Origin: a virus
Reading direction: 5' to 3' (one strand)
Virus record (IMG/VR): IMGVR_UViG_3300021197_001931
Span: 1-64,000 of that record
DNA: 64,000 nt
The notes under the pieces are model-generated. The model did not search any database. It saw nothing but the letters and a program-made list of their open reading frames with translations, and was not told the origin of the DNA. Made by a program: the position numbers and the translations under genes. Below, piece after piece: positions 26,246-35,101 of this stretch (position 1 is the first letter of the stretch; every line of letters begins with the position of its first letter).

Positions 26246-26808
26246 TGAAAATAGTTGCAATTATACCTGCTAGGGGCGGAAGCAAAAGATTAAAAAGAAA
26301 AAACATATACCCAATATGGGGAAAGCCAATGCTATATTGGTCAATTTTAGCTTGTAAGCAATCAAATTATGATATTGATGTTTGGGTTAGCACTGAAGAT
26401 ACAGAAATTGCAAATATTGCTAAACAATACGGAGCAAAAGTGGTGACTAGAGACGATTCTTTAGCTGATGATAAGACTTTTAAACAAGCAGTCATACGAG
26501 ATGCTGCTAGTAAAATTAATAACTTAGAGGGTAAAAAAGATATTTATATATCACTACAAGCAAATTCGCCAAACATACATTCTGAAAACATAGACGATGC
26601 TATCGATGTTCTCCTAAAACACAATAGAAAAGAAATTATTAGTGTTGATGAGAATTTAATGCAAAACGCAGCCTTCCGAGTTTTTAGAGGCGATTATGTT
26701 TTTCAAGAGGATTTGAGCACATGTTGTGGTGTTTTCGTTTGCCCACTAGAGGATGTTCATACCTTGGATGATGTAAAACAAATAGAGAAAAAAAGGAGAA
26801 GAACGTGA
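26245..26808 (+). CDS. neuA: CMP-nonulosonate (acylneuraminate) cytidylyltransferase
   Basis: IIPARGGSKRLKRKN, GKPM, VSTED, LQANSP, DVHTLDD. Confidence 0.88.
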   Translation: MKIVAIIPARGGSKRLKRKNIYPIWGKPMLYWSILACKQSNYDIDVWVSTEDTEIANIAKQYGAKVVTRDDSLADDKTFKQAVIRDAASKINNLEGKKDIYISLQANSPNIHSENIDDAIDVLLKHNRKEIISVDENLMQNAAFRVFRGDYVFQEDLSTCCGVFVCPLEDVHTLDDVKQIEKKRRRT

Positions 26809-27518
26809 CAGATATTTATATAATCAGCGAACTGTGTGGCCAATGGGGTGGATCTATCCGAAGAACGGAGCAGATGATACTACAATCAAAACTTGCTGGT
26901 GCCGATGCTGTAAAAGTTCAACTATACGACACATATCGAATGCCGGGAGAGAATCGTCAAATTTGGGAGTACCTCTCGATGACCAAGGAGCAGTTCCTAC
27001 ATCTTAAAGATTTTTCCGATTCTCTAAATATAGACTTTTTTGCATCTGCTTTTCATCCTGATAGGTTCCAGTGGATTTTGGACGCAGGATTGCAAACAAA
27101 TAAAATTGCAAGTATGCTGGTAAATCATGACCCTACCCTTTGCAGGGAAATGATTGACAGCGGCATGTTAACATACTGCTCTCTCGGACGCTGGGATGGA
27201 GAGGGTTACCCCTTTGAACAAGAGAATGTAAAATATTTTCACTGTGTATCAAAGTATCCACATACAATTGATGAGGCACTAGCATTAATGCCTGATAGAT
27301 TTGATGATCGTCTAGTCGGATACAGCGACCACACAGACAGCATTGAGGCTTGTGTTGAGGCTGTTAAACGAGGGGCAAAGATACTAGAAAAACATTTTAC
27401 AATAGACAAGGGCCTCCAGAGCAAGACCGAGGGGGCACACACTTGTTCTATGGTTATGGAAGAGTTAGCAGAGTTAAGAAATTTGTGTGATAAACACACG
27501 GGAGGAAATAATGGGTAA
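26805..27518 (+). CDS. neuB: Divergent, short nonulosonate synthase (NeuB family)
   Basis: GADAVKVQ, KIAS, HCVSKYP, GYSDHT, ILEKHFT; 237 aa, no C-terminal SAF domain. Confidence 0.85.
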   Translation: MTDIYIISELCGQWGGSIRRTEQMILQSKLAGADAVKVQLYDTYRMPGENRQIWEYLSMTKEQFLHLKDFSDSLNIDFFASAFHPDRFQWILDAGLQTNKIASMLVNHDPTLCREMIDSGMLTYCSLGRWDGEGYPFEQENVKYFHCVSKYPHTIDEALALMPDRFDDRLVGYSDHTDSIEACVEAVKRGAKILEKHFTIDKGLQSKTEGAHTCSMVMEELAELRNLCDKHTGGNNG

Positions 27519-28710
27519 TAAAGTTTTTGTACTAGGTGGAGATGGCTTTTGTGGTTGGCCCACATCCTTACACCTTTCTAATAATGGATATGATGTTGTT
27601 ATAGTTGACAATCTTTCTAGAAGAAATATTGATAATGAACTTTTTTGTCAATCGTTAACTCCAATAAGCAATATTGAAACTAGAATTAATGCGTGGAAAG
27701 AAATAACTGGTAAAACAATTTCTTTTTATAATATAAATATAGCAACAGAGTACGACAATTTTCTCTCACTTTTGAAGCATGAGCGTCCGGATACGTTGGT
27801 ACACTTTGCAGAACAACGTGCTGCTCCTTATTCTATGAAGTCTGCAAAGAATAAGAGATACACAGTCAATAACAACCTTAATTCAACTCACAATGTACTT
27901 TGCTCTATTGTCGAATCAGGATTGGATGTGGCCCTTGTTCACCTTGGTACCATGGGCGTATATGGTTATAGCTCTGTGGGTCTAACAATCCCGGAGGGGT
28001 ACTTGGATGTTAAGGTTGATGCACCAGACGGAGAAAAAGAATTAAACATTATGTATCCTGCTAATCCAGGTAGTGTTTATCACATGACAAAAACGCAAGA
28101 CGCACTGTTTTTTAATTATTATAATAAAAACGATAAATTGAGAATTACTGACCTACACCAAGGAATTGTTTGGGGCACGAATACAAACGAGACCATGCTT
28201 GATGAAAGGCTAATTAATAGATTCGACTACGATGGGGACTATGGCACCGTTCTAAACAGGTTCTTGGTTCAAGCCGCAGTTGGGCACCCCCTTACAGTGC
28301 ACGGCACAGGTGGGCAAACTAGGGCATTTATACACATCTCAGACACGGTTAGGTGTATTGAGCTTGCGATTAAAAATCCACCCAATAAAGAGGATAAAGT
28401 TAAGATCTTCAATCAAACCACCGAAACACATAGGATTATTGATTTAGCTCGTAGAGTCTCTAAGTTTACGGGAGCTGAAATCAAGTTTTACAAGAATCCT
28501 AGAAATGAAGCAGTTAGAAACGATTTGAAAGTTTGTAATGATAACTTCTTATCTCTAGGCCTTAACCCAACAACACTAGAAAACGGATTACTAAGAGAGG
28601 TTGAGGAGATCGCCTCTAAATATAAAGATAGGTGCGATTTGGATAAAATTGTGAGCACCTCAGCCTGGGACAAAAATAAGAAAATAGGATTGTTAGATAA
28701 TCAAGAGTAA
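27511..28710 (+). CDS. sqdB: UDP-sulfoquinovose synthase
   Basis: GGDGFCGWPT, HFAEQRAAPYSM, HLGTMGVYG, PGSVYHMTK, TDLHQGIVWG, RFDYDGDYGTVLNRF, GHPLTVHGTGGQTR. Confidence 0.93.
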   Translation: MGNKVFVLGGDGFCGWPTSLHLSNNGYDVVIVDNLSRRNIDNELFCQSLTPISNIETRINAWKEITGKTISFYNINIATEYDNFLSLLKHERPDTLVHFAEQRAAPYSMKSAKNKRYTVNNNLNSTHNVLCSIVESGLDVALVHLGTMGVYGYSSVGLTIPEGYLDVKVDAPDGEKELNIMYPANPGSVYHMTKTQDALFFNYYNKNDKLRITDLHQGIVWGTNTNETMLDERLINRFDYDGDYGTVLNRFLVQAAVGHPLTVHGTGGQTRAFIHISDTVRCIELAIKNPPNKEDKVKIFNQTTETHRIIDLARRVSKFTGAEIKFYKNPRNEAVRNDLKVCNDNFLSLGLNPTTLENGLLREVEEIASKYKDRCDLDKIVSTSAWDKNKKIGLLDNQE

Positions 28711-28722
28711 TATAAAAAAGGA

Positions 28723-30027
28723 TTGTCAGTGCTAGGAAACAGCATATATGATTTTGTAAAGCAAATTTTTCCAATTTGTAGGAGTATAATGGGAGATGGC
28801 AACCGTCAGACCCTATCGTTAATACGGGAGCACATTCCTATTCAAATACATGAAGTCCCTACTGGATACACAGCGTATGATTGGGAGGTTCCAAAAGAAT
28901 GGAAGATAAAGGATGCTTATGTTTTAAGCCCTGGTGGTGAGAAAATAATAGACTTTAAGAAAAACAATCTTCACGTTGTAAATTATTCAATACCAGTTGA
29001 TATGGAAATTGATCTCTCTGAGTTACAAGAGCATTTGCATTCTACTGCAAAGTTACCAGACGCAATTCCCTACGTTACCTCGTATTATGATAGAAAATGG
29101 GGATTTTGCTTATCAGAAACACAAAGGAAAAGCCTAGTAGATGGAAAATATAAGGTTTATATTGATAGCGATCATGTAGACGGCTCCCTATCGTATGGAG
29201 AACTTATAATACCTGGTGAGACAGATGAGGAAATATTTTTAACATCTTATATATGTCACCCTTCTATGGCGAACAATGAGTGTTCTGGCCCTGCAGTCTT
29301 AACATTCTTGGCAAAATGGTTGATGAATAGAAATAACAAGTATACCTACAGGATTGTGTTCGCCCCAGAAACAATAGGAGCCATTATCTACATAAGCAAG
29401 AATTATGATGCTTTAACAAACAACGTTATTGCTGGTTTTAATTTAAGTTGTGTGGGAGACAATAGAGGATACTCTTTCATGCCATCCAGGCTTGGAAATA
29501 CCTTAGCAGATAAAACTGTTCAACATGTCTTAGAGAACTATGTTGAGTCATACACAAAGCATTCATTTTTATACAAGGGCTCAGATGAGAGGCAGTATTG
29601 TCATCCAAAAGTTGATCTTCCGCTGGTTTCGATCATGAGGTCAAAATACGGAACATTTCCAGAGTACCATACATCAAAAGATGATCTAAACTTTGTCAGC
29701 CCAGAGGGCCTAGCTGGTGGTTTTAGTATTGCGAAGAAATGCTTAGAAGCCTTAGAAATTAATGTTAAATACGAGAATTGTATAACTTGTGAACCAAAAA
29801 TGAGCAAGAGAGATCTACGTCCAAAAGATTGGCACAATAGACACTCTGGAGGAAAGGAAGATATGAGGAAGAATGTTAGAGATATGATGAACGTCATGTT
29901 TTATTGTGACGGGGATCACGATCTAATTGACTTATCCAATAAAATTGAAATACCGTTTCATAAGTGCCAAGAATATATTAAATTATTACGAAATAATGGT
30001 ATTATTAGGGAAATGGATGAAGAATAA
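28723..30027 (+). CDS. DUF4910/DUF2172 aminopeptidase-like (M28 fold) protein with C-terminal winged HTH
   Basis: PICRSIMG, DWEVPKEW, AIPYVTSYY, CHPSMANNECSGP, PETIG, GSDERQY, EYHTSKD. Confidence 0.85.
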   Translation: MSVLGNSIYDFVKQIFPICRSIMGDGNRQTLSLIREHIPIQIHEVPTGYTAYDWEVPKEWKIKDAYVLSPGGEKIIDFKKNNLHVVNYSIPVDMEIDLSELQEHLHSTAKLPDAIPYVTSYYDRKWGFCLSETQRKSLVDGKYKVYIDSDHVDGSLSYGELIIPGETDEEIFLTSYICHPSMANNECSGPAVLTFLAKWLMNRNNKYTYRIVFAPETIGAIIYISKNYDALTNNVIAGFNLSCVGDNRGYSFMPSRLGNTLADKTVQHVLENYVESYTKHSFLYKGSDERQYCHPKVDLPLVSIMRSKYGTFPEYHTSKDDLNFVSPEGLAGGFSIAKKCLEALEINVKYENCITCEPKMSKRDLRPKDWHNRHSGGKEDMRKNVRDMMNVMFYCDGDHDLIDLSNKIEIPFHKCQEYIKLLRNNGIIREMDEE

Positions 30028-30799
30028 AGTGAAGCTTATTACAATTATAAAAAATAGATTAGAACATTTTCTAAAAACGTTTCCATTTATGGTTTCCCAA
30101 TATGGAGTTGATTATGAGCTTTTTATAGTTGATTACCACTCCAATGACGGGCTACAAGAAGCTATAAAAGAACAAATAGGCTTTAGAAAAGACTCGTTTT
30201 CTCCTTATTTAAAAAAGATAGTTTCCATAAACCTACTAGAAGACTTGAAGTTTAGCACCAAAAAGTCAAAAAACTTAGGCGCCTCTTATTGTAGTAGAGA
30301 CGATGTCCTAGCGTTTACAGATGTAGACGTTCTTCTTAGTATGGATTATTTGCTGCACTGGTCGGCAAAAATTGAAAAAGGATCCACGTTTGTTACCACG
30401 AGACGCAAGGATACAGCGGCAAGTAATCCAAAAAGAATAAGACCAGAAATAAATTATGGGAATTTTATTGTTCATGCGGAAGATTATTTTAATATTTGCG
30501 GCATGGATGAAAGCAGACTACATTGGGGCGGAGCAGATGATGATATATTTCATAGATTAAAATTATATGGCCTCGATGAAATAAACCCCTATGGCGCATT
30601 TGATGCCAAACAATATTCTATATTACATGGAGATGAATTAAGGCTCTCCTCTTTAGAGGATACGAATCGATATAATAGTGACACAATATTTAAAGATATT
30701 TTTTCCAACAAAGACAGGCATAGATCCAAGGAAAGCAGTTTTTTAAATTTTGACTATTCAAGCAATAAATCAGAAAAAGTAATTTTGTATGAAAAATAA
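30017..30799 (+). CDS. GT-A fold glycosyltransferase (GT2/GT7-like)
   Basis: IVDYHSND, KNLG, FTDVD, GMDE...WGGADDD. Confidence 0.78.
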   Translation: MKNKVKLITIIKNRLEHFLKTFPFMVSQYGVDYELFIVDYHSNDGLQEAIKEQIGFRKDSFSPYLKKIVSINLLEDLKFSTKKSKNLGASYCSRDDVLAFTDVDVLLSMDYLLHWSAKIEKGSTFVTTRRKDTAASNPKRIRPEINYGNFIVHAEDYFNICGMDESRLHWGGADDDIFHRLKLYGLDEINPYGAFDAKQYSILHGDELRLSSLEDTNRYNSDTIFKDIFSNKDRHRSKESSFLNFDYSSNKSEKVILYEK

Positions 30800-31415
30800 A
30801 TCACCAGACGTGTCTGTAATTATAACAAATTATAACTATGGAAAATATGTAACTAGGGCAGTGCGCAGTTGCCTTGCGCAGAAACACATAAACGTTGAAG
30901 TAGTTGTTGTTGATGATTGTAGCGATGACAATTCATTAGAAACATTGTCCACTTTTAAAGATGATATAAATCTGATAGTTAATAAGAAAAATGTGGGCGT
31001 GGCTGAGTCGTCAAATGTAGGAATAAGGGCGGCAAAAGCTCAATTTGTAATAAGGGTAGACGCAGATGACTTTATAAATTCAGATACGTGCTACATTATG
31101 AAAAGATATTTAGTAGATAACCATGATGCCTTTTGTGTCTCATGTGATTATATTTTAGTTGATGATCATGAGAATTTAATTGAAAGAAAATATGCTGAAA
31201 AAGATAATATTTCTTGTGGTATCATGTATAGGAGAGATCTGCTCATTGAGTCTGGCGGATATAATTCTGATATGCGCCATAAAGAAGAAGAAGAACTGAG
31301 AAAAAGACTAGGAAGTTTTTACAAAATACACCACCTCAGAATGCCATTCTACAGATATAGAATGCACAATACTAACAAAACAAAACAACCGGAGTATAAA
31401 GAATGGAAAATATAG
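30789..31415 (+). CDS. Glycosyltransferase, GT2 family
   Basis: VSVIITNYN, VDDCSDD, RVDADD. Confidence 0.9.
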   Translation: MKNKSPDVSVIITNYNYGKYVTRAVRSCLAQKHINVEVVVVDDCSDDNSLETLSTFKDDINLIVNKKNVGVAESSNVGIRAAKAQFVIRVDADDFINSDTCYIMKRYLVDNHDAFCVSCDYILVDDHENLIERKYAEKDNISCGIMYRRDLLIESGGYNSDMRHKEEEELRKRLGSFYKIHHLRMPFYRYRMHNTNKTKQPEYKEWKI

Positions 31416-32257
31416 GTATCATCGGGAACGGCTTTGTTGGGTCTGCTATAGCCCATGGGTTCTCATTGCATGGAAATATTAGGATTTATGACCTAGACCC
31501 AATTAAGTCAACACACTCTATAGCAGAGGTTGTAAATGGCTCTAAGTTTATTTTTGTCTCTGTTCCTACGCCTATGAAAAACGTATTAGGCGGGGACATT
31601 GATACTTCCATTATGTACTCCGTCTTTGATGAAATATCAGAAATTAACGATAGAGACGATAATATTTTTATTGTCAAATCCACAATTGTTCCGGGTACCA
31701 TGGAAAAATTAATAGAAAGATATCCGCTATTAAATATAATTCATAGTCCTGAATTCTTAACTGAACGAAGCGCCAGACTTGATTTTATTAATGCGTCTAG
31801 AATTATTTTAGGCGGGGATCCACCCCTCTTAGACGAGGTGGAGGGTCTTCTAAGGGAAAGATTCCCATACATACAAGTAATTAAAACCGATGTAACAACA
31901 GCCCAATTTATAAAGTATATGGCAAATTGTTTCTTTGCAACAAAAGTTTCATTTATGAATGAAATGAAGCAAGCAGCAAACGTGCTAAACGTTGACTGGG
32001 ATGATGCGATGCGAGGCCTTATAACTGATGGAAGAATAGGCAATTCTCATCTAGATGTTCCAGGACATGACGGATATAACGGCTTTGGAGGCAAGTGCTT
32101 TCCTAAAGATTTAAATGCTTTTATCGGATTGTTTAAACAAGTGGGTGTTGATCCAAAAGTTATGACGTCTGTTTGGGACAAAAATTTAGAAGTTCGACAA
32201 GAGTACGATTGGAGAAGCATCGAGGGCGCCGTATCTAAAGGAGAAGAAAATGAGTAG
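31403..32257 (+). CDS. ugd: UDP-glucose/GDP-mannose 6-dehydrogenase (short form)
   Basis: GIIGNGFVG, VPTP, KST, PEFL, KYMAN, GFGGKCFPKD. Confidence 0.9.
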   Translation: MENIGIIGNGFVGSAIAHGFSLHGNIRIYDLDPIKSTHSIAEVVNGSKFIFVSVPTPMKNVLGGDIDTSIMYSVFDEISEINDRDDNIFIVKSTIVPGTMEKLIERYPLLNIIHSPEFLTERSARLDFINASRIILGGDPPLLDEVEGLLRERFPYIQVIKTDVTTAQFIKYMANCFFATKVSFMNEMKQAANVLNVDWDDAMRGLITDGRIGNSHLDVPGHDGYNGFGGKCFPKDLNAFIGLFKQVGVDPKVMTSVWDKNLEVRQEYDWRSIEGAVSKGEENE

Positions 32258-33125
32258 ATGTTTGGTTACGGGACACCGTGGATACATAGGCTCCAAAGTA
32301 TATGCAGCCTTGCAGGACAGAGGCCACGAAGTAATGGGCATAGACTTGCAGGATGGGCATGATATATTAATCCGCCTAAAACCAGATACTGATGGAAAAT
32401 TTCATCCGCACTGGGCGTCGTTTAAACCAGAATATATATTTCATTTTGCAGCTATTCCAAGAGTTGTATACAGCATCGAGCAACCAGTCCATGTAATAGA
32501 GAACAACCTATTAAGCAGCCTCTATATTCTAGAGTTTGCAAGACATGTTGGAGCCAAACGAGTTATTTATTCTAGCTCTTCATCCGTAAGAGGGAATGGA
32601 AACGGGCCTGAAAGCCCTTACGCTGCGTCAAAATATATGCCTGAAAGCATGTGCAATGTTTGGTCTTCTTTATACGGCATAGATACTGTGTGCCTTAGAT
32701 ACTTTAACGTATATTCGCCGTGTCAAAACGCATCAGGTCCGTATGCCACTGCAATAGCAAATTTTATGGAGTTTATACGCCAAGATAGGGATCCATACAT
32801 TACGGGAGACGGAGAGCAGACCCGAGATATGGCGCACCTTGAAGATGTTGTCTCTGCAAATATATTTTGTATGAATCACGAAGGACCATTTGGTGGATCT
32901 TTTTTTGATGTTGGTACGGGAGACAATATTTCACTAAACGATATTAAAAAAATTGTTCTAGAATATTTTCCGGATACTAATTTTAAATATGTTGAAGACC
33001 GCCCAGGCGACGTTATGCACACAAAGGCAAATATTCAACCCCTTCGTGATCTTGGATGGCGTCCAAGAAATCAGATAAACAGTGGAATAAGAAGCTGTTT
33101 TAAATCTTTAAAAGATAATTTATAA
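32250..33125 (+). CDS. NAD-dependent nucleotide-sugar epimerase/dehydratase
   Basis: VTGHRGYIG, SSSS, PYAASK, RYFNVY, GDGEQTRD. Confidence 0.9.
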   Translation: MSRCLVTGHRGYIGSKVYAALQDRGHEVMGIDLQDGHDILIRLKPDTDGKFHPHWASFKPEYIFHFAAIPRVVYSIEQPVHVIENNLLSSLYILEFARHVGAKRVIYSSSSSVRGNGNGPESPYAASKYMPESMCNVWSSLYGIDTVCLRYFNVYSPCQNASGPYATAIANFMEFIRQDRDPYITGDGEQTRDMAHLEDVVSANIFCMNHEGPFGGSFFDVGTGDNISLNDIKKIVLEYFPDTNFKYVEDRPGDVMHTKANIQPLRDLGWRPRNQINSGIRSCFKSLKDNL

Positions 33126-33143
33126 AAAAGAAAGGTAAATAAA

Positions 33144-33332
33144 ATGCCAAGAGCAACAAAAAAGGATAATAATATGGAAAACAAGTACACTTCACTTAGT
33201 AAGAGAATTAGCACCATGGCCGATAAGATTGCATCTCTAGAGAACGATCTGTCAATGACTCAAAAGCTTATTCGAGAAGATATGAAAAAAATAATTGATT
33301 TAGTAAGGGAGAATAGAAATGCAAGTCTTTAA
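33144..33332 (+). CDS. Small coiled-coil protein
   Basis: 62 aa, AAGGT SD, heptad pattern. Confidence 0.6.
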   Translation: MPRATKKDNNMENKYTSLSKRISTMADKIASLENDLSMTQKLIREDMKKIIDLVRENRNASL

Positions 33333-33534
33333 TCTTTCCGATCAAGCACTGGGAGCAGTTATGATGGCTTTGCAAAAGTCCCTAATGGAGCAGTCTGACA
33401 TTGTTCCTGTTTTAAAGGAAATGAATTTTGTTCCGACTGATAGCGGCTTGGTTGTAAATAATCCTCCGTTGGTTAAGTATGAGGCAGACGGAATGGCCCT
33501 CTATGATGAAGTAGAAGATTCAGATAGTGAATAG
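33319..33534 (+). CDS. Small hypothetical protein
   Basis: LSDQALGAVMMALQKSLMEQSDIVP; GGAG SD. Confidence 0.7.
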   Translation: MQVFNLSDQALGAVMMALQKSLMEQSDIVPVLKEMNFVPTDSGLVVNNPPLVKYEADGMALYDEVEDSDSE

Positions 33535-33798
33535 ATGCCAACTTATACATATAAGTGCATAGAGTGTGACCACATATTTGATGAATTTCATTTAATGAGT
33601 GAGACAATAGACAAATGTGTTAAATGCGATTCAGAGCATGTTACTAAGGTTCTGCCTAAAAGTATGAATATGGTATCTAGATCCAATCCCTCTAAGCCTA
33701 AAGTTGGCAACATAGTTAATGATTATATTAAAGATGTAAAACAAGAATTAAAAGAGCAAAAAGAACAATTGTCTTCAAAAGAGTATAAAATTAAATGA
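33535..33798 (+). CDS. FmdB-family zinc-ribbon protein
   Basis: MPTYTYKCIECDH...CVKCDS. Confidence 0.85.
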   Translation: MPTYTYKCIECDHIFDEFHLMSETIDKCVKCDSEHVTKVLPKSMNMVSRSNPSKPKVGNIVNDYIKDVKQELKEQKEQLSSKEYKIK

Positions 33799-34109
33799 TA
33801 ACACTGTCCATAATACTTTTTATATCTCTTGGAATTAACGTTCTTTTAGTCTGGTATTGTCGAAGACTAACCAGGCAGTTTGTGTTTTTTACCAAGAATG
33901 TTATTGAGTTAGAGAATAAGTTAAATCTTTTTGATACTCATTTGAATAGCGTCTATCAGCTTGAGATGTTTTATGGGGACGATACTCTAGATTCTTTAAT
34001 TAAACATTCAAAAGATCTAGTTAGTTCTATGAAACAATTTAATGATAGTTTTATTTTAGAAGATGAAGAGGGTTCCGAAGAAGAACAAAATTTTGAGGAA
34101 CAAGAGTAG
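33795..34109 (+). CDS. Single-pass membrane protein with coiled coil
   Basis: Hydrophobic N-terminal 20 aa; LEMFYGDDTL motif. Confidence 0.7.
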   Translation: MITLSIILFISLGINVLLVWYCRRLTRQFVFFTKNVIELENKLNLFDTHLNSVYQLEMFYGDDTLDSLIKHSKDLVSSMKQFNDSFILEDEEGSEEEQNFEEQE

Positions 34110-34811
34110 ATGGCAGCTAGAAAAGGTCGTAAAAGATCAAAAAATAAGCAATACTATTTTACCAAAGAGCACGAAAACGCAATAGTTCAATATGCCAACA
34201 CAAGAGATGTTCGTAAGAGAACAGAGCTATATATTGAATATATAGAGCCAGCCTTTAGTGAAATGGTTGATAAAGTAGTTTTTACTTATAAGTTTACATC
34301 TTTACCAAACATAGACGCCTTGAGAGAGGAATGTAAGGTTTGGCTAACGACAATACTTGATAAATATGACCCGTCCAAGGGGTCAAAGGCATTTTCATAC
34401 TTTTCAGTAATAACGAAAAATTGGTTCATACATAAAGTAAAAAAAACAACTGCCCGTTCTAGAAGAGAGACAGATCTTGAAGATATAACAGGTGATATAG
34501 AGCAAAGATACCTGTCATCATACAACCCCTATCACCACGATAGAGAGGATAAGGAATTTTGGCATTTTTTGTGGAAAGAGATAGACACCTGGGACAGCAT
34601 ATCTTTAAAAGAAAATGAAAAAAAAGTTTTAGAAGCTGTAAAGATAATACTTTCAAGCCCAGACGAAATTGAAATTTTTAATAAAAAGGCTATTTATTTA
34701 TACCTTCGTGAAATAACCGGCCTCAATACAAAACAAGTCGTAAATAATTTAAATAAGATGCGTATTAAGTACCGTGTTTTCAAAGGTAAATGGAATCGCG
34801 GGGACATTTAA
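34110..34811 (+). CDS. Phage RNA polymerase sigma factor, T4 gp55-like (late)
   Basis: YYFTKEHENAI, KYDPSKGSKAFSYFSVITKN resembles sigma region 2 of gp55-like proteins. Confidence 0.72.
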   Translation: MAARKGRKRSKNKQYYFTKEHENAIVQYANTRDVRKRTELYIEYIEPAFSEMVDKVVFTYKFTSLPNIDALREECKVWLTTILDKYDPSKGSKAFSYFSVITKNWFIHKVKKTTARSRRETDLEDITGDIEQRYLSSYNPYHHDREDKEFWHFLWKEIDTWDSISLKENEKKVLEAVKIILSSPDEIEIFNKKAIYLYLREITGLNTKQVVNNLNKMRIKYRVFKGKWNRGDI

Positions 34812-35101
34812 TGAGAGACTTAAACGCATATCTTGCTGAAGCTATAGAAAATATTAGAAAAGACCGAGAAGTAACAAAAGAACTGCTTGACGATGTAATG
34901 CAATACATGTCTAAGGACGAGAATAGTCACAAAGAAGTTGGACAAACAGCAGCTAAATATGTTGAAACGCTTCAAAGATCAAACGAGCAGTTGGTAAAAG
35001 TCAGCACTATTATACATAAGCGAGAGAGCGCCGTAGGCCACCTTGGCCTATCTGATAAAGATAAGGATGATCTATTTGACTTGATTAAGGAATCACAGTA
35101 A
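34811..35101 (+). CDS. Helical hypothetical protein
   Basis: AKYVETLQRSNEQLVK; coupled on both sides by TAATG overlaps. Confidence 0.7.
   Translation: MRDLNAYLAEAIENIRKDREVTKELLDDVMQYMSKDENSHKEVGQTAAKYVETLQRSNEQLVKVSTIIHKRESAVGHLGLSDKDKDDLFDLIKESQ

Noticed and set aside
10739-33125. Bacterial O-antigen/capsule locus, meaning the window is a host chromosome or prophage flank
   Set aside because: No flippase, polymerase, transporter or housekeeping genes; the cluster is continuous, on the same strand and tightly coupled with phage-type genes on both sides; no integrase or att site seen
33532-34112. In-frame TAG-ATG junctions suggesting stop-codon reassignment or read-through
   Set aside because: The downstream ORFs begin at natural family N-termini (e.g. 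MPTYTYKC for FmdB), multi-kb ORFs are intact in the standard code, and no suppressor tRNA is in the window
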